A stretch of DNA of 64,000 nucleotides from Octopus vulgaris (Eukaryota): NCBI GenBank assembly GCA_951406725.2, contig OX597818.1:15996001-16060000 (forward strand), written 5' to 3'. Positions 12,840 through 25,497 of the stretch are shown here, one piece after another. Within the stretch, counting starts at the first letter, position 1. Each line of letters begins with the position of its first letter. A program made the position numbers and the translations under genes. Below the pieces are notes generated by a model, which ran no database searches, was not told the origin of the DNA, and saw nothing but the letters and a program-made list of their open reading frames with translations.

Positions 12840-13787
12840 ACAAATTAATAAATAAAATATATGCATATATACATACATATATGTACGTACCTACATCTAC
12901 ATGTATATATACATGCATATATGGGTACAGGACACCAAAAAACGTCGAACATAATTAGAAACGAAAACATAAACACAAAACCAAGGAACTGGACATTTTT
13001 CTTAAACAACGAAAAAATAGAGTACAGGACAAATAACATAAGGAAAATTCCCCTTCTTCAGTCGCCATGATTTCATCTACTATGCGTTTCGAAGGTGAAG
13101 GCGAGACGCAACTTTGACTGAAACTTTCCTTCCCGCGAAAAGCAAATTAAATAAAATTTGAGATTTTTTCGCGGAGGGGTAAAAATGGCAAACAAAAACA
13201 GGACAGTAACGACAGTACAAAACATAAACAGTAAAAGACAGGACAAGGAGACTAACAATAACACAGACAAGAAGGGCTGTTAAGCCGAACGAGATAAAAT
13301 ATTACGAACGCTATTTTTGAGAACGGCGAAGGAGCCACAGAAAATGCCGTCTACACTCGGGTGAAGCAAGGTCAGAAAAGACAGTAGTTTCCTCATCGCT
13401 GACCAGCGACGGGACAGGGGAGGAGAAGTAAGAGAAAGGGAAGGGGAGAGAAAAAAGAGGAATGGTTGTAGAGAAAACCAGAAAGAATGAAGAATGAGAG
13501 AGAGGGAGGGAGAGACAGTAAGGTAGAAGAAAGGGAACCAGAAAGAAGGAAGGCTAAGAAAGGGAGGGGGACAGAAAGGTTAAGAGTGCGCATCAGTATT
13601 AATATTAAGAACAAACTTACTTAGAAATGGATGCGTGCGTTCTGTCGTGTAATAACAAATTGATAAATAAAACATATGCATATATACATACATATATGTA
13701 CGTATACATATATATATATAATATATATGGAAATGGGTGCGTGGCGTTCAATCAAAATGATAATACACACACACACACATATATATG

Positions 13788-13851
<64 letters not shown>

Positions 13852-13879
13852 TGTATGGGTGCAGGATGCCAGCAACAGT

Positions 13880-14550
13880 AAAGAACATGAAATACGAAAA
13901 CAAATGAGTTCAATACGCAAACAATGAGAGAAAGAAACGGAAAACAGGACAAGTAACATAAAGAAGGACCCTTCATCAGTTGTCAGCTTTCTATCTACTC
14001 TTCATTTCGAGCATTGAACGACAATATGAGTCTTCGAAAACAGTTGCTCCCATAAGTACCAACATAAAATTTTGGATTTGTGGAGGGTTAAAGTTGGGAA
14101 CAAAAGCAGGACAGTGGAGACATACAAGGAAACCGAACGAAAACAAACATGGAGGGTCGTTAGACCAGAACGAGGGTAAAATAACGAACACTGAAGAAAT
14201 ATTTTCTTTGAAAAGAGAAAAGATAGAAGTGTGAGATAGAATACGTCCAGTCCTGAGGAGGAAAAGAAAGATGGACAATGGTCACGTGTGAGAAACGAGA
14301 GAGAGAAAAAAGAAAGAGGAGAGAGACAGAGAGACAGACAGATAGAGAACAGTGAAGGGGAAGACTCTCCATAAATCCAAAATTTTATTTTGGTACTTAT
14401 AGGAGACTCATATTGTTCAATGCCCGAAATAAGGGGTAGATAGACAGCCGACAACTGATGAAAGGTCATTCTTTGTGTTACTTGCCCTGTTATCCATTTG
14501 TTTCTCTCGTTGTTTACGTATTGAACTTATTTGTTTTCGTATTTCATGTT
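13880..14550. repeat. Diverged inverted repeat (arms ~13880-14080 and ~14370-14550)
   Basis: For example AACATGAAATACGAAAACAAAT pairs with ATTTGTTTTCGTATTTCATGTT, and TCATCAGTTGTC with GACAACTGATGA. Confidence 0.7.
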
Positions 14551-14609
14551 ATTTATTGTTGGTGACGTGTTGCAAGATTCCTGATGTGAAATCGTGTGTT
14601 GAAACAGAT

Positions 14610-15320
14610 ATTGTTGTATTTCGGGACGGTCATTTTTTTTTGCCAAATAAACTCACGCACTATATATTTGTTCTTCACTCGTTTATTACTGTTCTTAGTC
14701 ATTTTTTATTTTATTTCAATTCATGTCCAGTGTCCAGAAATCGTTCTTCACACATCTGTGACCTCTTCAGCAACATTTTTCGTTTTCGTATGTACTCTAG
14801 TTCCAATTACTCCAGTCTGTTCTTCTAAGATGTGTATCCTTATGTGTGCATTCGTTTGCGTCCGTGTGTATGTGTGCGCGCGTGCGTGTGTGTATGCTTA
14901 TGTGTATGTCACTGTTCTTAGCAACAGTATGGTCTATCCCTCAACCCCATCCTCTCACCCCATTGTGCTGCTGTTTTCCTAAAACCCGAAAATTTGATAT
15001 AGTTCCTAAGAACAGTGACATACACATAAGCATACACACCCATACTTAAACATGCACACACAAACATGGACGTAAACGCATGCACACATAAGGATACACA
15101 TCTTAGAAGAATAGAATGGAGTAACTGGAGCAATGGCACACACGAAAACGAAAAGTGTCACTGAAGAGGTCACAGATGTGTGATGAAGATTTCCGGACAA
15201 TGGACGTGAGTTAAAATAATTTTTAAAAAAAGCAAGAACAGTAATAAACGAGTGAAGTGCAAATATATAGCGTATGTGTTTATTTGGGGGGAAAATGACC
15301 GTCCCGAAATACATAATCAA
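14610..15320. repeat. Inverted repeat (arms ~14610-14920 and ~15005-15320)
   Basis: GTATTTCGGGACGGTCATTTT pairs with AAAATGACCGTCCCGAAATAC, and CTTCTAAGATGTGTATCCTTATGTGTGCAT with its reverse complement. Confidence 0.75.
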
Positions 15321-15391
15321 AGATAAAATCTTATAAAGAGTTTCTCAAGTAGCCAGCATGTAACAAAACTATATAGGTAGCAATTAATGCA

Positions 15392-15692
15392 GAGCAGGAG
15401 TGGCCGTGTGGTAAGTAGCTTGCTTACCAACCACATGGTTCCGAGTTCAGTTCTTATGAGTGGATTTGGTTGGCGGAAACTGAGAGAAGCCTGTCGTATA
15501 TGTGCGTGTGTGTGTTTCTTTCCCTCCCCGTCTGTTGCGTAACAACCGATGTTACGTCCCCGTAACGTTTGGCAAAAGTGACCGATGGAATAAGTTCTAG
15601 GTTTACAAAGAATAAGTCCTGGGGTCGATTTGTTCGACTAAAGGCGGCGCTTCAGCATGGCCACAGTCAAATGACTGAAACAAATAAAAGAA
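15392..15692 (+). mobile_element. Family C SINE (internally deleted)
   Basis: Matches 3783-4207. Confidence 0.75.
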
Positions 15693-15755
15693 TTATATAA
15701 ATATAACTATAAGGACACTAATGAGTAGCCCCACATGCTAGAAATAGACCTTATT

Positions 15756-16579
15756 GGATCTTTTCCTTTTGAACGGCACTTTATAACATAATTTCTAGGT
15801 AACTAAAAAGTTTTAAACTTCGTATACTGGTAGAATGTGGTTATAAAACATCTCTTTCTCTTGGCTTTATTGAGAAAATTCTATAGTTTGTAAGTTATTT
15901 CGTCTTTAATTTCGAGCATTTCGGCAATTTTAACCAATCGCTGACGTCCATTTAAGTAAATAACATTCTGTGCATAATGAATATGTCCCTCCTTTAAGAA
16001 ACAGATTGGGTTTATTTACATTTATGAAGAAAAAAAAGATACCCTTCCCCAACCCCTAACTCTAACCCTAAATCTAAAATACTTTGAAATGCAATAGATC
16101 GATACTGGGGCCATAATTATGAGTGGCATTTTCATTTGACACCGCTAGAAAAAAATCCCATTTTCCGTAGCGTTGTCGTATGAAATTGTCACCCATAATT
16201 ATAACCCTAGTATCGATCTATTGAATTTTAATCTATTTTAGATTTAGGGTTAGAGTTAGGATTAGTTAGGGTTAGGCGTAGGGGTGGGGGAAGGGTATCT
16301 GTTTTCTTCACAAATGTAAATAAACCCAATCTGTTTCTTAAAGGAGGGACATATTCATTATGCACAGAATGTTATTTACCTAAATGGACGTCAGCGATTA
16401 GTTAAAATTGCCGAAATGCAAGTAATTTCAGACGAAATATCTTACAAACTATAGAATTTTCTCAATAAAGCCAAGAGAAAATGATGTTTTATAAACACAC
16501 TCTAACAGTATACGAAGTTTAAAACTTTTTAGTTACCTAGAAATTATGTTACAAATTGCCGTTCAAAAGGAAAAGATCC
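15756..16579. mobile_element. Foldback MULE-like element with ~390-bp inverted arms
   Basis: Ends GGATCTTTTCCTTTTGAACGGC / GCCGTTCAAAAGGAAAAGATCC. 9-bp TSD GACCTTATT/GACATTATT. Nested inside a smaller inverted-repeat element (15703-15749 / 16713-16762). Confidence 0.8.
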
Positions 16580-17459
16580 GACATTATTTACTCCATTAGC
16601 ACGGATTGAAAGCGAGGGAAGTGAACAAGGATGTTTTTAAAGAAAGGGTTAAACAACAGATCGATTTCTACTTTGTAACGGGGTAAGTAATGTTGTTCTT
16701 AGAGCCATTGGCGTCTATTTCTAGCACGTGACGCTACGCATTAGTGCCCTTAGTATAATTATATGCATATCTTCTAATATAATAATGAGCGTAGTGTTTA
16801 TATATATTTGTCTACATATTTGTCGAAATCGTGCAATAGGAGAGTGTGAGAGAAAGCGTAGTATAAGTGAAGGGAGAGAAGAGAAAACAGTAATTCAGTG
16901 AAGGAGAAGTAGTGGGAGTAATAGCGATGACTGAGAGGGAGTGAGAGAAAGTAATAACAATGAGAGAGAGGCAGTGGTAAAGAGAGCATCGTGTTCACCA
17001 CACCTCATTAAGGAGGAGAAGTGAGAGTAATAGCTGTGATACAAACGCAGTTTGGGAACGTGTTTATATTTTTGTTATCATGTATTTACACACACACACA
17101 TACATACATACATATAAAAATGCAAGAAATATAACAAAGTTAGCTATCAAATATGTATTCTTTATTTCAACATAAGACCATGGCAAAGGTTCTTGAAATA
17201 AATATTAACAGAATTATCTTCGAAAAGAAAAGTTAGAAACTGTTGATACTATCATATCCGGGATATCCTACTACATTATATATACCCGCAGAGACTTCTC
17301 TATAAAATAGGGTTAGAGGAACTCAGAAGAATCCTTACACCGGTGAAATGTTTTGTTTACATTTTACGGGATCAGTTGCTCTAATATTTCAGTTCCAATG
17401 TATGTCTGTGCGTATTTACAATATATAGTGTTCGTTATCAAGTTCACTGATAATTTTAG

Positions 17460-17708
17460 TTGAACCCAATGAGAGGTTTACTCAATGCGATCCTGATCTT
17501 AGTGCTGTCTATCAAGGATTTTTTTTATTCATGGAAAAATACTTAGTGCAAGTAAGAAAAGAGAGGAGGTCTTTATCCTGCGCATCAACCTCCGTCCCAG
17601 TGAGACAACCCTTCCCTTTAGTATGAGTAAACAGTTTCCTGTTATTCCAGTTTTTGCAATGACTAAAAGCAAATCACAAGGTTAGAGTTTCAATAATGTT
17701 AGCATTAT
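17460..17708 (+). pseudogene. PIF1-type (Helitron RepHel) helicase C-terminal fragment
   Basis: LNPMRGLLN..IHGKILSASKKREEVFILRINLRPSETTLPFSMSKQFPVIPVFAMTKSKSQG*SFNNVSI, a decayed form of the QFP-x-x-x-AFAMTINKSQGQ motif. Possible Helitron 5' end (A|TC) at 16770. Confidence 0.75.
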
Positions 17709-17709
17709 T

Positions 17710-18826
17710 GTAAGTTTCATATTCAGTTTTGGATGCTGGTAGCGCAGGGCTTGGAATTTTTCAGCATTAAACTGCATATTATTATCCTCAGCCTATCTGT
17801 AAATTGAATCCAACTGCTGCTGCTAATGTGCAACATCGCCGGGGTTCTGTATTTTCTGCGAGACTTTCGTATCATCTGCGTAGCTAGCAAGGGTGGCTAT
17901 TCGGGCAATTGAGGGCGTATCTAGAGGACCACTTTGAAAAGCAGTGGTCCCAATACAGTGCCCTGTGGAGCACCGCTCACTATTTGTGTTTTCATTGAGA
18001 TGGCGCCATTGGCCACTACTGCCTGACTTCTATATTTCAGAAAGTCATGTAACCACTCTCCAAGTTTTCTGGCTATGCTGGGATCACACAGTTTGTGGCA
18101 TATCATACCATGATCCACTTTGTCAAATGCTTTTGCAAAATCAAGGTATATTAAATCCACGTTTGAGTTGTTAAGTAACTGCTTCAACACCCAGTCATAA
18201 TGTTGTAAGAGCTGGATCAAGCAGATCCTACCTGGTCGAAAGCCATGCTAGGTATCACTCAGCAAATTATTTTCTTCAAGGAATGCGATTAGTTTCCCTC
18301 TAACTAACCGTTCCATGACTTTGCTGATGTGTGAAGTCAGAGAGATAGGCCTATAGTTTTTGGTATCTGCTCTGCTCCCCCCTTTATGGATTGGGCTTAT
18401 TATTCCCTCCTTCAGCTTGCTTGGCAGTCTGCCATTTGCAACAAAGCTCTGGAAGAGAATCTGGAGGGGTTTTGCCAGGACATGCTTACGCGATTTGAGG
18501 AGGATTGCTGGGAAACCATCAGGACCAGCAGTTGTGTTTGCGTCCACCTCATTTAAGGCTAGTAGTACATCTTCTTCGCTAATGTCAATGTATTCTATTG
18601 TTACTGCCTCGCTGGTTATAGGTGAGGCGACAAAGAAATCCACTGGTTCGTTCACTTGTCTGTGTTCCAACAGGATGGTAAGGACACTTTTAAACTGGTC
18701 ATTCAGTACCTCACTGATCCTAGTGGACTATCTGTGAGGGAACCATCCTTTTGGAAGAGGGGTCCTATCTTGCAGCGTACTGATGCTGTTTCTTTGACGT
18801 AATGAAAGAAGGCCTTTGGGTTTGAC
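17710..18826 (-). mobile_element. CR1-group LINE reverse transcriptase fragment
   Basis: AGPDGFPAILLK, PIHKGGSRADTKNYRPISLTSHISKVMER, IYLDFAKAFDKVDH, SGAPQGTVLGPLLF, YADD. Contains stops and frameshifts. Confidence 0.9.
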
Positions 18827-18852
18827 TTTATATATATATATATATATATATA

Positions 18853-19077
18853 CGAGCAAAACGCCCCCCCCCCGTCCAATGGATGGTGCTGAGTTGTCAA
18901 ACATTTAAACCAAATTTTATCAAAACAGCTTGTCCGACCGTCCCATAGGCCTCCCCTTTGAGAAACACTGATTTAACCTAAATTTGAGACTCCAGCAAAA
19001 GAAGAAATAAAGATAGACTTTTTTTCTATTCCAAAGAAAAACGATTTTATTCACTTTATCGATCGCATTCTCACCTG
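18853..19077 (-). mobile_element. Internally deleted copy of the Helitron at 79-1270
   Basis: Matches 79-275, then jumps to 1099-1122 (CTTTATCGATCGCATTCTCACCTG). Confidence 0.8.
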
Positions 19078-19087
19078 GAATTATATT

Positions 19088-19186
<99 letters not shown>

Positions 19187-19267
19187 GTACAAAAAATTCA
19201 AGGTGAATACTTGATAACTGTAAGCACCTGTATATGCCAGCTAATGGTATAGGTGATAGGGTGTATG

Positions 19268-19912
19268 TATCAAAAGAAAAACAGGACGCAAAGGATTCTG
19301 CGGTACATATGTTTCGGGCTTTTTTGAACAACTTATATCAATGTATAATTGATATAACAGGTTGGTCAAAAGCCTTCTTCAGCCGCGTACAATTACCACA
19401 CTAAGGGCATGTATCGCATTATAGCAGGTTTGAGAAAAAGTTTGGGAAAAAACCGAGTTTCATTGGGAGAGTAACTCCTCATAGGCGTATATGGCATTGC
19501 GAGACACCAAAACAAAACGTCTATATCGTTTACTCACTCGATAAAGAATGAAGGGATTGGATATTGAGAGAAAGAGGAAAGGAGTCGAATGGGGTGAATC
19601 TTTAATGAAGTTGGGATCACAAAGACGAAAGGATATATGTATAAATTTAAACGATATGGACGTTTTGTTTTGGTGTCTCGCAATGCCATATACGCCTATG
19701 AGGAGTTACTTTCCCAATGAAACTCGGTTTTTTCCCAAACTTTTTCTCAAACCTGCTATAATGCGATACATGTCTTTGGTGTGGTAATTGTACGCGGCTG
19801 AAGAAGGCTTTTGACCTACCTGTTATATCAATTATGCATTGATATAAGTTGTTCAATAAATCCCGAACATATGTACCGCAGAATCCTTTGCGTCCTGTTA
19901 TTCTTTTGATAC
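19268..19912. repeat. Long near-perfect foldback (arms ~19268-19531 and ~19648-19912), with a hammerhead motif in each arm
   Basis: Direct reverse-complement match over ~260 bp. Confidence 0.85.
19300..19386 (-). ncRNA. Type I hammerhead ribozyme motif
   Basis: gcgg-CTGAAGA-aggctttt...aaaagccc-GAAAC-atat-GTA-ccgc. The + strand twin at 19794-19879 has lost one A (GAAC). Confidence 0.7.
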
Positions 19913-19948
19913 ATACATACATACATCTATATATATATATATATATAT

Positions 19949-20328
19949 CTTTTTACTCTTTTTACTTGTTTCAGTCATTTGACTGCGGCCATGCTGGAGC
20001 ACCGCCTTTAGTCGAGCAAATCGACCCTGGGACTTATTCTTTGGAAGCCCAGTACTTGTTCTATCGGTCTCTTTTGCGGAACCGCTAAGTGACGGGGGCG
20101 TAAACACACCAGCATCGGTTGTCAAGCAATGCTAGGGGGACAAACACAGACACACAAACATATACACACACACTTATATATATACATATATACGACAGGC
20201 TTCTTTCAGTTTCCGTCTACCAAATCCACTCACAAGGCATTGGTCAGCCCGGGGCTATAGCAGAAGACACTTGCCCAAGATGCCACGCAGTGGGACTGAA
20301 CTCGGAACCATGTGGTTGGTTAGCAAGC
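19949..20328 (-). mobile_element. Family C SINE
   Basis: Reverse complement of 3783-4207. Confidence 0.8.
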
Positions 20329-21240
20329 TAAACGATGATGATGATGATGATGATACATATATATATATACGTATGAATATGTATGTTTGTGTCTGTGCTT
20401 GTTGCCCATCCCATCCGCTTGACAACCGCTCTTGGTTTGTTTATGTCCCATAATTTAATACTTCGGGAAAAGAGGTAAATGAAATGTGTACCAGACTTTA
20501 AAAAAATGTTCTGGCGTCGATTCATTTGACTAAAATCAAAATTCAAAGAGGTGCCCAGCATGGCTACAGTCAAATGACAAGCAAATAAAAGTAAAAAATA
20601 TGCGCGCGTGTGTGTGTGTACGCGCACACACATACACACTTAAACACATATGACACCGAGAAAACAAGACGGTTGACTGTGAATTAATATGACCACTCTC
20701 GTGGTACAAAATTAAGTGAGAGCCAAAGATGACGAGGCTTGGTTTGTAGGTAGTTATGTTTGCTCGGAATATCCAAGTCTGTTTTTATACTTTCACAGAT
20801 TGTTTTGGTTTCATAATTAGTTCCTCAGATATATGCACCAAAAACCAAGAATCGTCTTCACGGCGATGACTAATATTTATTTATACAGCCGCTGTCAATT
20901 TAATCGACAATAACCACCCACTTTCCACTAAAATAAACTGCGTATTTCGTACTTCAGTTCGAAATTCTGTTTCTTTTTAGTTTTGTAGATGTAATGTGAA
21001 CCCAGAAAATTCAGAGACAATTGTTTCGGTTTTAGGTACAAGGCCAACAATTTTGCAGGGACAGTGAGACGATACCATCGACCCAGTACTTGAACTAATG
21101 CTTTATTTTATCGACCTCGGAAAGTTGAAAAGCAAGGTTGATCTCGGCAGGATTTGAACTCAAGGCATTTTCTCCGACATTAATAATTCGGCTAATCTAT
21201 CGTCCTTAATTGTTTTGGCTCGAAGTTAGTAATTTTAGAG

Positions 21241-21425
21241 CAGTGCTCCGCAACCTTTTTTCACTTGCGGTGCACTTATATTCTTTTCAAAATTCAACGG
21301 CACACCTGAAGTAAAAATATAACTAACAGTATAGGAAAAAAATTATATTCCGGTTACTTTACGGCACACCTAGCATTGTCTCGTGACACACCTTTGTACC
21401 ACGGCATACCGGTTTTGGAACACTG
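21241..21425. mobile_element. hAT-family MITE
   Basis: TIRs CAGTGCTCCGCAACC / GGTTTTGGAACACTG. Perfect 8-bp TSD TTTTAGAG. Confidence 0.85.
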
Positions 21426-22559
21426 TTTTAGAGGGACGGTTTAATCTATTACATCGACTGGTACTTTATTTTATGGCTTCTGATTCAGGTTAGCTATGCT
21501 CAATGCAGTCTCATCGTCAAAGACGGACATATCTTAACAAATGTGCCCTCATCAGGAAGGGGGTACACTTGTGAAGATATGTTGTAAAGTGTTCCATCTC
21601 TGATGTTCTGATGACCCATCTTATTAGCTTCTTTAGCCAGTGCTATGTTATCCAATTAGTCTTTTTTGATGGTGGGGTGTGTTTACCGTTACATGCATCG
21701 GTTTTTGTCCTCGTTTCTCCAAGGGAGATTTGACAGCCATCTTTAGCAGTCTGAGTTACCAGGTAGAAGCTCCACTTTGTTTAAAACCACCAGGTCAGTA
21801 CTGATTAAATAAATCTATGATCATACCAACTGCCACCATCTTTTCTTTATGTATGTCAATGATTATTTCATATAGAGGGAAATTAATTTAGTTTTAATAT
21901 TAAGATGGTAAGGTGTAGCTTGAGAGATTTGGTTGCTATTTCAACAGCTCGAGCAATCGCTTAGAATTTGCTCTTTTTACCCCATTAGTATCGTCATTAA
22001 TGCAAGGTAAGTAACTCTTGATTCAAGAATTATCTCCCTTGTATAAATTTTTTCTACTATAGGCATATTGCCTGAAATTTTGTGGATAGGAAATTAGTGG
22101 ATTATATTGACTCTTGTACTCAACTGGTACTTATTTTATCGACCAGAAAAAGATGAAAAGCAAAGTCGACCTCAGTGGAATTTTAACTCAGAATGTAAAG
22201 CTGGAAGAAATGCTGCTAAGTATTTTGTCCCGTGCAGTAATGATTCTGCCAGCTCACCGCCTGATCTCCCTTGTATTAATGAGTCCCGCTGTAAAAAAAA
22301 ATTGTAATTCGTTCAGTTTTCTTCTTTTTATCGTTATGTTTTAGTCTTATTATTATATTTGCAACGAAAAAAGGTGATGAGCTGACAGAATCGTTACCAT
22401 GCCGAACAAAATGGTTTGCAGCATTTTGTCTGTCTTTACGCTCTGAATTCAAATGCCACCGAGGTCGACTTTGCCTTTCATCCTTTCAGAGTCGATGAAA
22501 TATGCAGTTTGAGACCAGTTAACGTAAAAAAACAAAAAAAAAAAAAAAACAAATAAATA

Positions 22560-23680
22560 AAAAGAAACAGCCTACTAGGTGTAAAAAAAAAAAATGTGTA
22601 GAAAACGAATATGAATTTAAAAAATTGCGCACACGAGCGGGTTGCTGAGGAGAGGACTTTCGGAAAATTCACAAGATCCGATTTTTCCCTCATAACTTTC
22701 AGGAAAATGAATATATATTAGTGAAATTTTATAGAAGTACCGTTCAAATGACATAAAATACGATTATAAAGAAATTCCCGGGGAAAATGTTTTCCGAAGG
22801 GGTGGAGAAAGGAGTGTCGGAAAGTTCACACGATCCGTTTTTTACCCCTCATAACTTTCTGAATCTACTTTAGCACCTTGTCATAAAAACGTAATAAAAA
22901 ATGTATATATATAAAAAACAGTCAAATAGGTGTAAAGAAAATGTGTAGAAAACGAATATGAAAGCAAAATTTACGCAAACGAACGGGGTGTGGGGGGTGG
23001 AGAGACTTTCAGAAAATTCACACGATCCGATTTTTTCCCTCAACTTTCAGGAAAACATTTCCCCCACAAATTTCTTTATAATCGTAATCTATGCTGTTTG
23101 AAAGGTGTTTCTATAGAATTTCATTGAAAGATATCCATTTTCCTGAAAGTTATGAGGGAAAAAAACGGATCATGTGAATTTTCCGAAATACTCTTCCCAC
23201 CCCGCCGTTCGTTTGCGCAAATTTTTGCTTTCATATTCGTTTTCTACACGTTTTTGTACACCTATTAGACTGGTTTTTTTTTTTTTTGCCGTTTTGGTGA
23301 CCGGGCGCTAAACAGGATCCGGAAAGTTATGAGGGGAAAAAACGGATCGTGTGAACTTTCCGACAGTCCTCTCCTTACCCTTTGGGAAGACATTTTCCCT
23401 ACAAATTTCTTTATAAACCTGTTTGAAAGATGTTTCCGTAAAATTTCAATAAAAGATATCCATTTTCCTGAACGTTATGAAGCTAAAAACGGACTGTGAA
23501 TTTTCCGAAATCCTCTCTCCAACCCTTCAGAAAACATTTTCTCCAGATATTTCTTTATAATCTCCCCACCTTTTGGGAAGACATTTTCCCTACAAATTTC
23601 TTTATAAACCTGTTTGAAAGGTGTTTCTATAAAATTTCACTAATATGTATCCATTTTCCTGAAAGTTATGATGGAAAAAT
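22560..23680. repeat. Complex modular direct and inverted repeat
   Basis: Module TTTTCCTGAAAGTTATGAGGG..CGGATCGTGTGAATTTTCCGA recurs several times in both orientations. Confidence 0.7.
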
Positions 23681-24084
23681 CACACACACATGCATGTGGT
23701 CGATGCCAGTGTCATCTGACTGGCACCTGTGCTGGTGGCATGTAAAAAGCACCATATGAGCATTCGGATTCATGGAGGTAGTGACACATATCCAAGACCC
23801 TTGGCAATACACCATGCTTGTGTTGACCTGTCAAGCCAAGTGAGACTGTAGTTGTGGCTGATGTAGGTGTCAGGTCAATGGCACCTGCGCTGGTGGCACG
23901 TAAAAAGCACCCACTACACTCTCAGAGTGGTTAGCATTAGGAAGGACATCCAGCCATAGAAACCTTGCCAAATCAAATTGGAACCTGCTTACCAGTTTTC
24001 AGTCGAACTGTCCAACCCATGCCAGCATGGAAAGCAGATGTTAAACAATGATGATGATGATATATATACATATATGTGTGTGTG

Positions 24085-24137
<53 letters not shown>

Positions 24138-25095
24138 TCATCATTGTTTAACATCCTTCCATGATGGCATGGGTTGGATGCTTTGACAGGAGCTGGCTAA
24201 GCAGCAGCCTACACCATGCTTCTGTGTCTGTTTTGCCATGGTTTTTATTGCTAGATGCCCTTCTAAAATCACTCTGCAGATTGGACTGAGTGCTTTTTAC
24301 ATGCCACTTGCACAGGTGAGGTCAATTTTGGTATGGTTTTTACAGCTGGATGCCCTTCCAAATGCCAGCTACATTACAGTGTGAACTGGGTGCTGTTTAA
24401 GTGGCACCTGCACAGGTAGGATCACCAAGTAACCTTGCAAGACAAGGAATCTTTGAGAGGGATGGGAACATTGGAGGAAGTGATCTTGTGTCAGATGATG
24501 AATGGTTAGAATGTGACAGAGAGACAGAAACAGATGTCTTGTTGTAGGGGAGGTACATGGTTACCCAGCCAGAGAGAAGGAGAGACGGTGAGTGAGAGTT
24601 AACAAGAAAGAGGTGTGCTGTTGTAAAGGGGATACATGGTTACTTAGCCAGAGGTAAGAACAAGAGGAGGAGGGAGACAGATTGATCAAGAATGAAGGCA
24701 GAAACAGGTTTGTCACTGTAGATGAGACATGATTTACTCAACCAGAGGAAAGAAGAATGGAAGAGAAACGAGAGCAGGAGAGAGGTGGCAACAAGTGTCA
24801 GGGTATGCTTGCAAGGAATGGGCATCAGAGCATAGGTGGGATGGTACAGCAAGGAAGAGAGAGAGACGAATGGTGGCAAGTGCTGGCAAGGTACTGCCAA
24901 GAAGTCATGAGTAGGGAGTGGGCATGGGGGATGTTGTGACTGATGAGAATCTGGGTATATAGAGGGGAGGGGATGGTGGGAAGGAAGCAACGGTACAGTG
25001 AGCAGGGTAGTGAGAACTAGATTGGGAGTGGCAGATAATCATAGTGTAAGAAGGGGAAGAGGAGAGAATCTATTTTATTCATTACACTTGCATAT

Positions 25096-25497
25096 CTCTT
25101 TACTCTTTTACTTGTTTCAGTCACGTGACTGTGGCCATGCTGGAGCACCTTTAGTCGAGTAAATCGACCCCAGGACTTATTCTTTGTAAGCCTAGTAGTT
25201 ATTCTATCGGTCTCTTTTGCCAAACCGCTAAGTTACGGGGACGTAAACACACCAGCATCGGTTGTCAAGTGATGTTGGGAGGACAAACACAGACACACAA
25301 ACATATACACATACATACATATATATATGCATGTATACGACAGGCTTCTTTCAGTTTCCGTCTACCAAATCCACTCACAAGGCTTTGGTCGGCCCGAGGC
25401 TATAGTAGAAGACACTTGCCCAAGGTGCCACGTAGTGGGACTGAACCCGGAACCATGTGGTTCATAAGCAAGCTACTTACCACACAGCCACTCCTAT
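25096..25497 (-). mobile_element. Family C SINE (full length)
   Basis: Reverse complement of 3783-4207. Confidence 0.8.
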
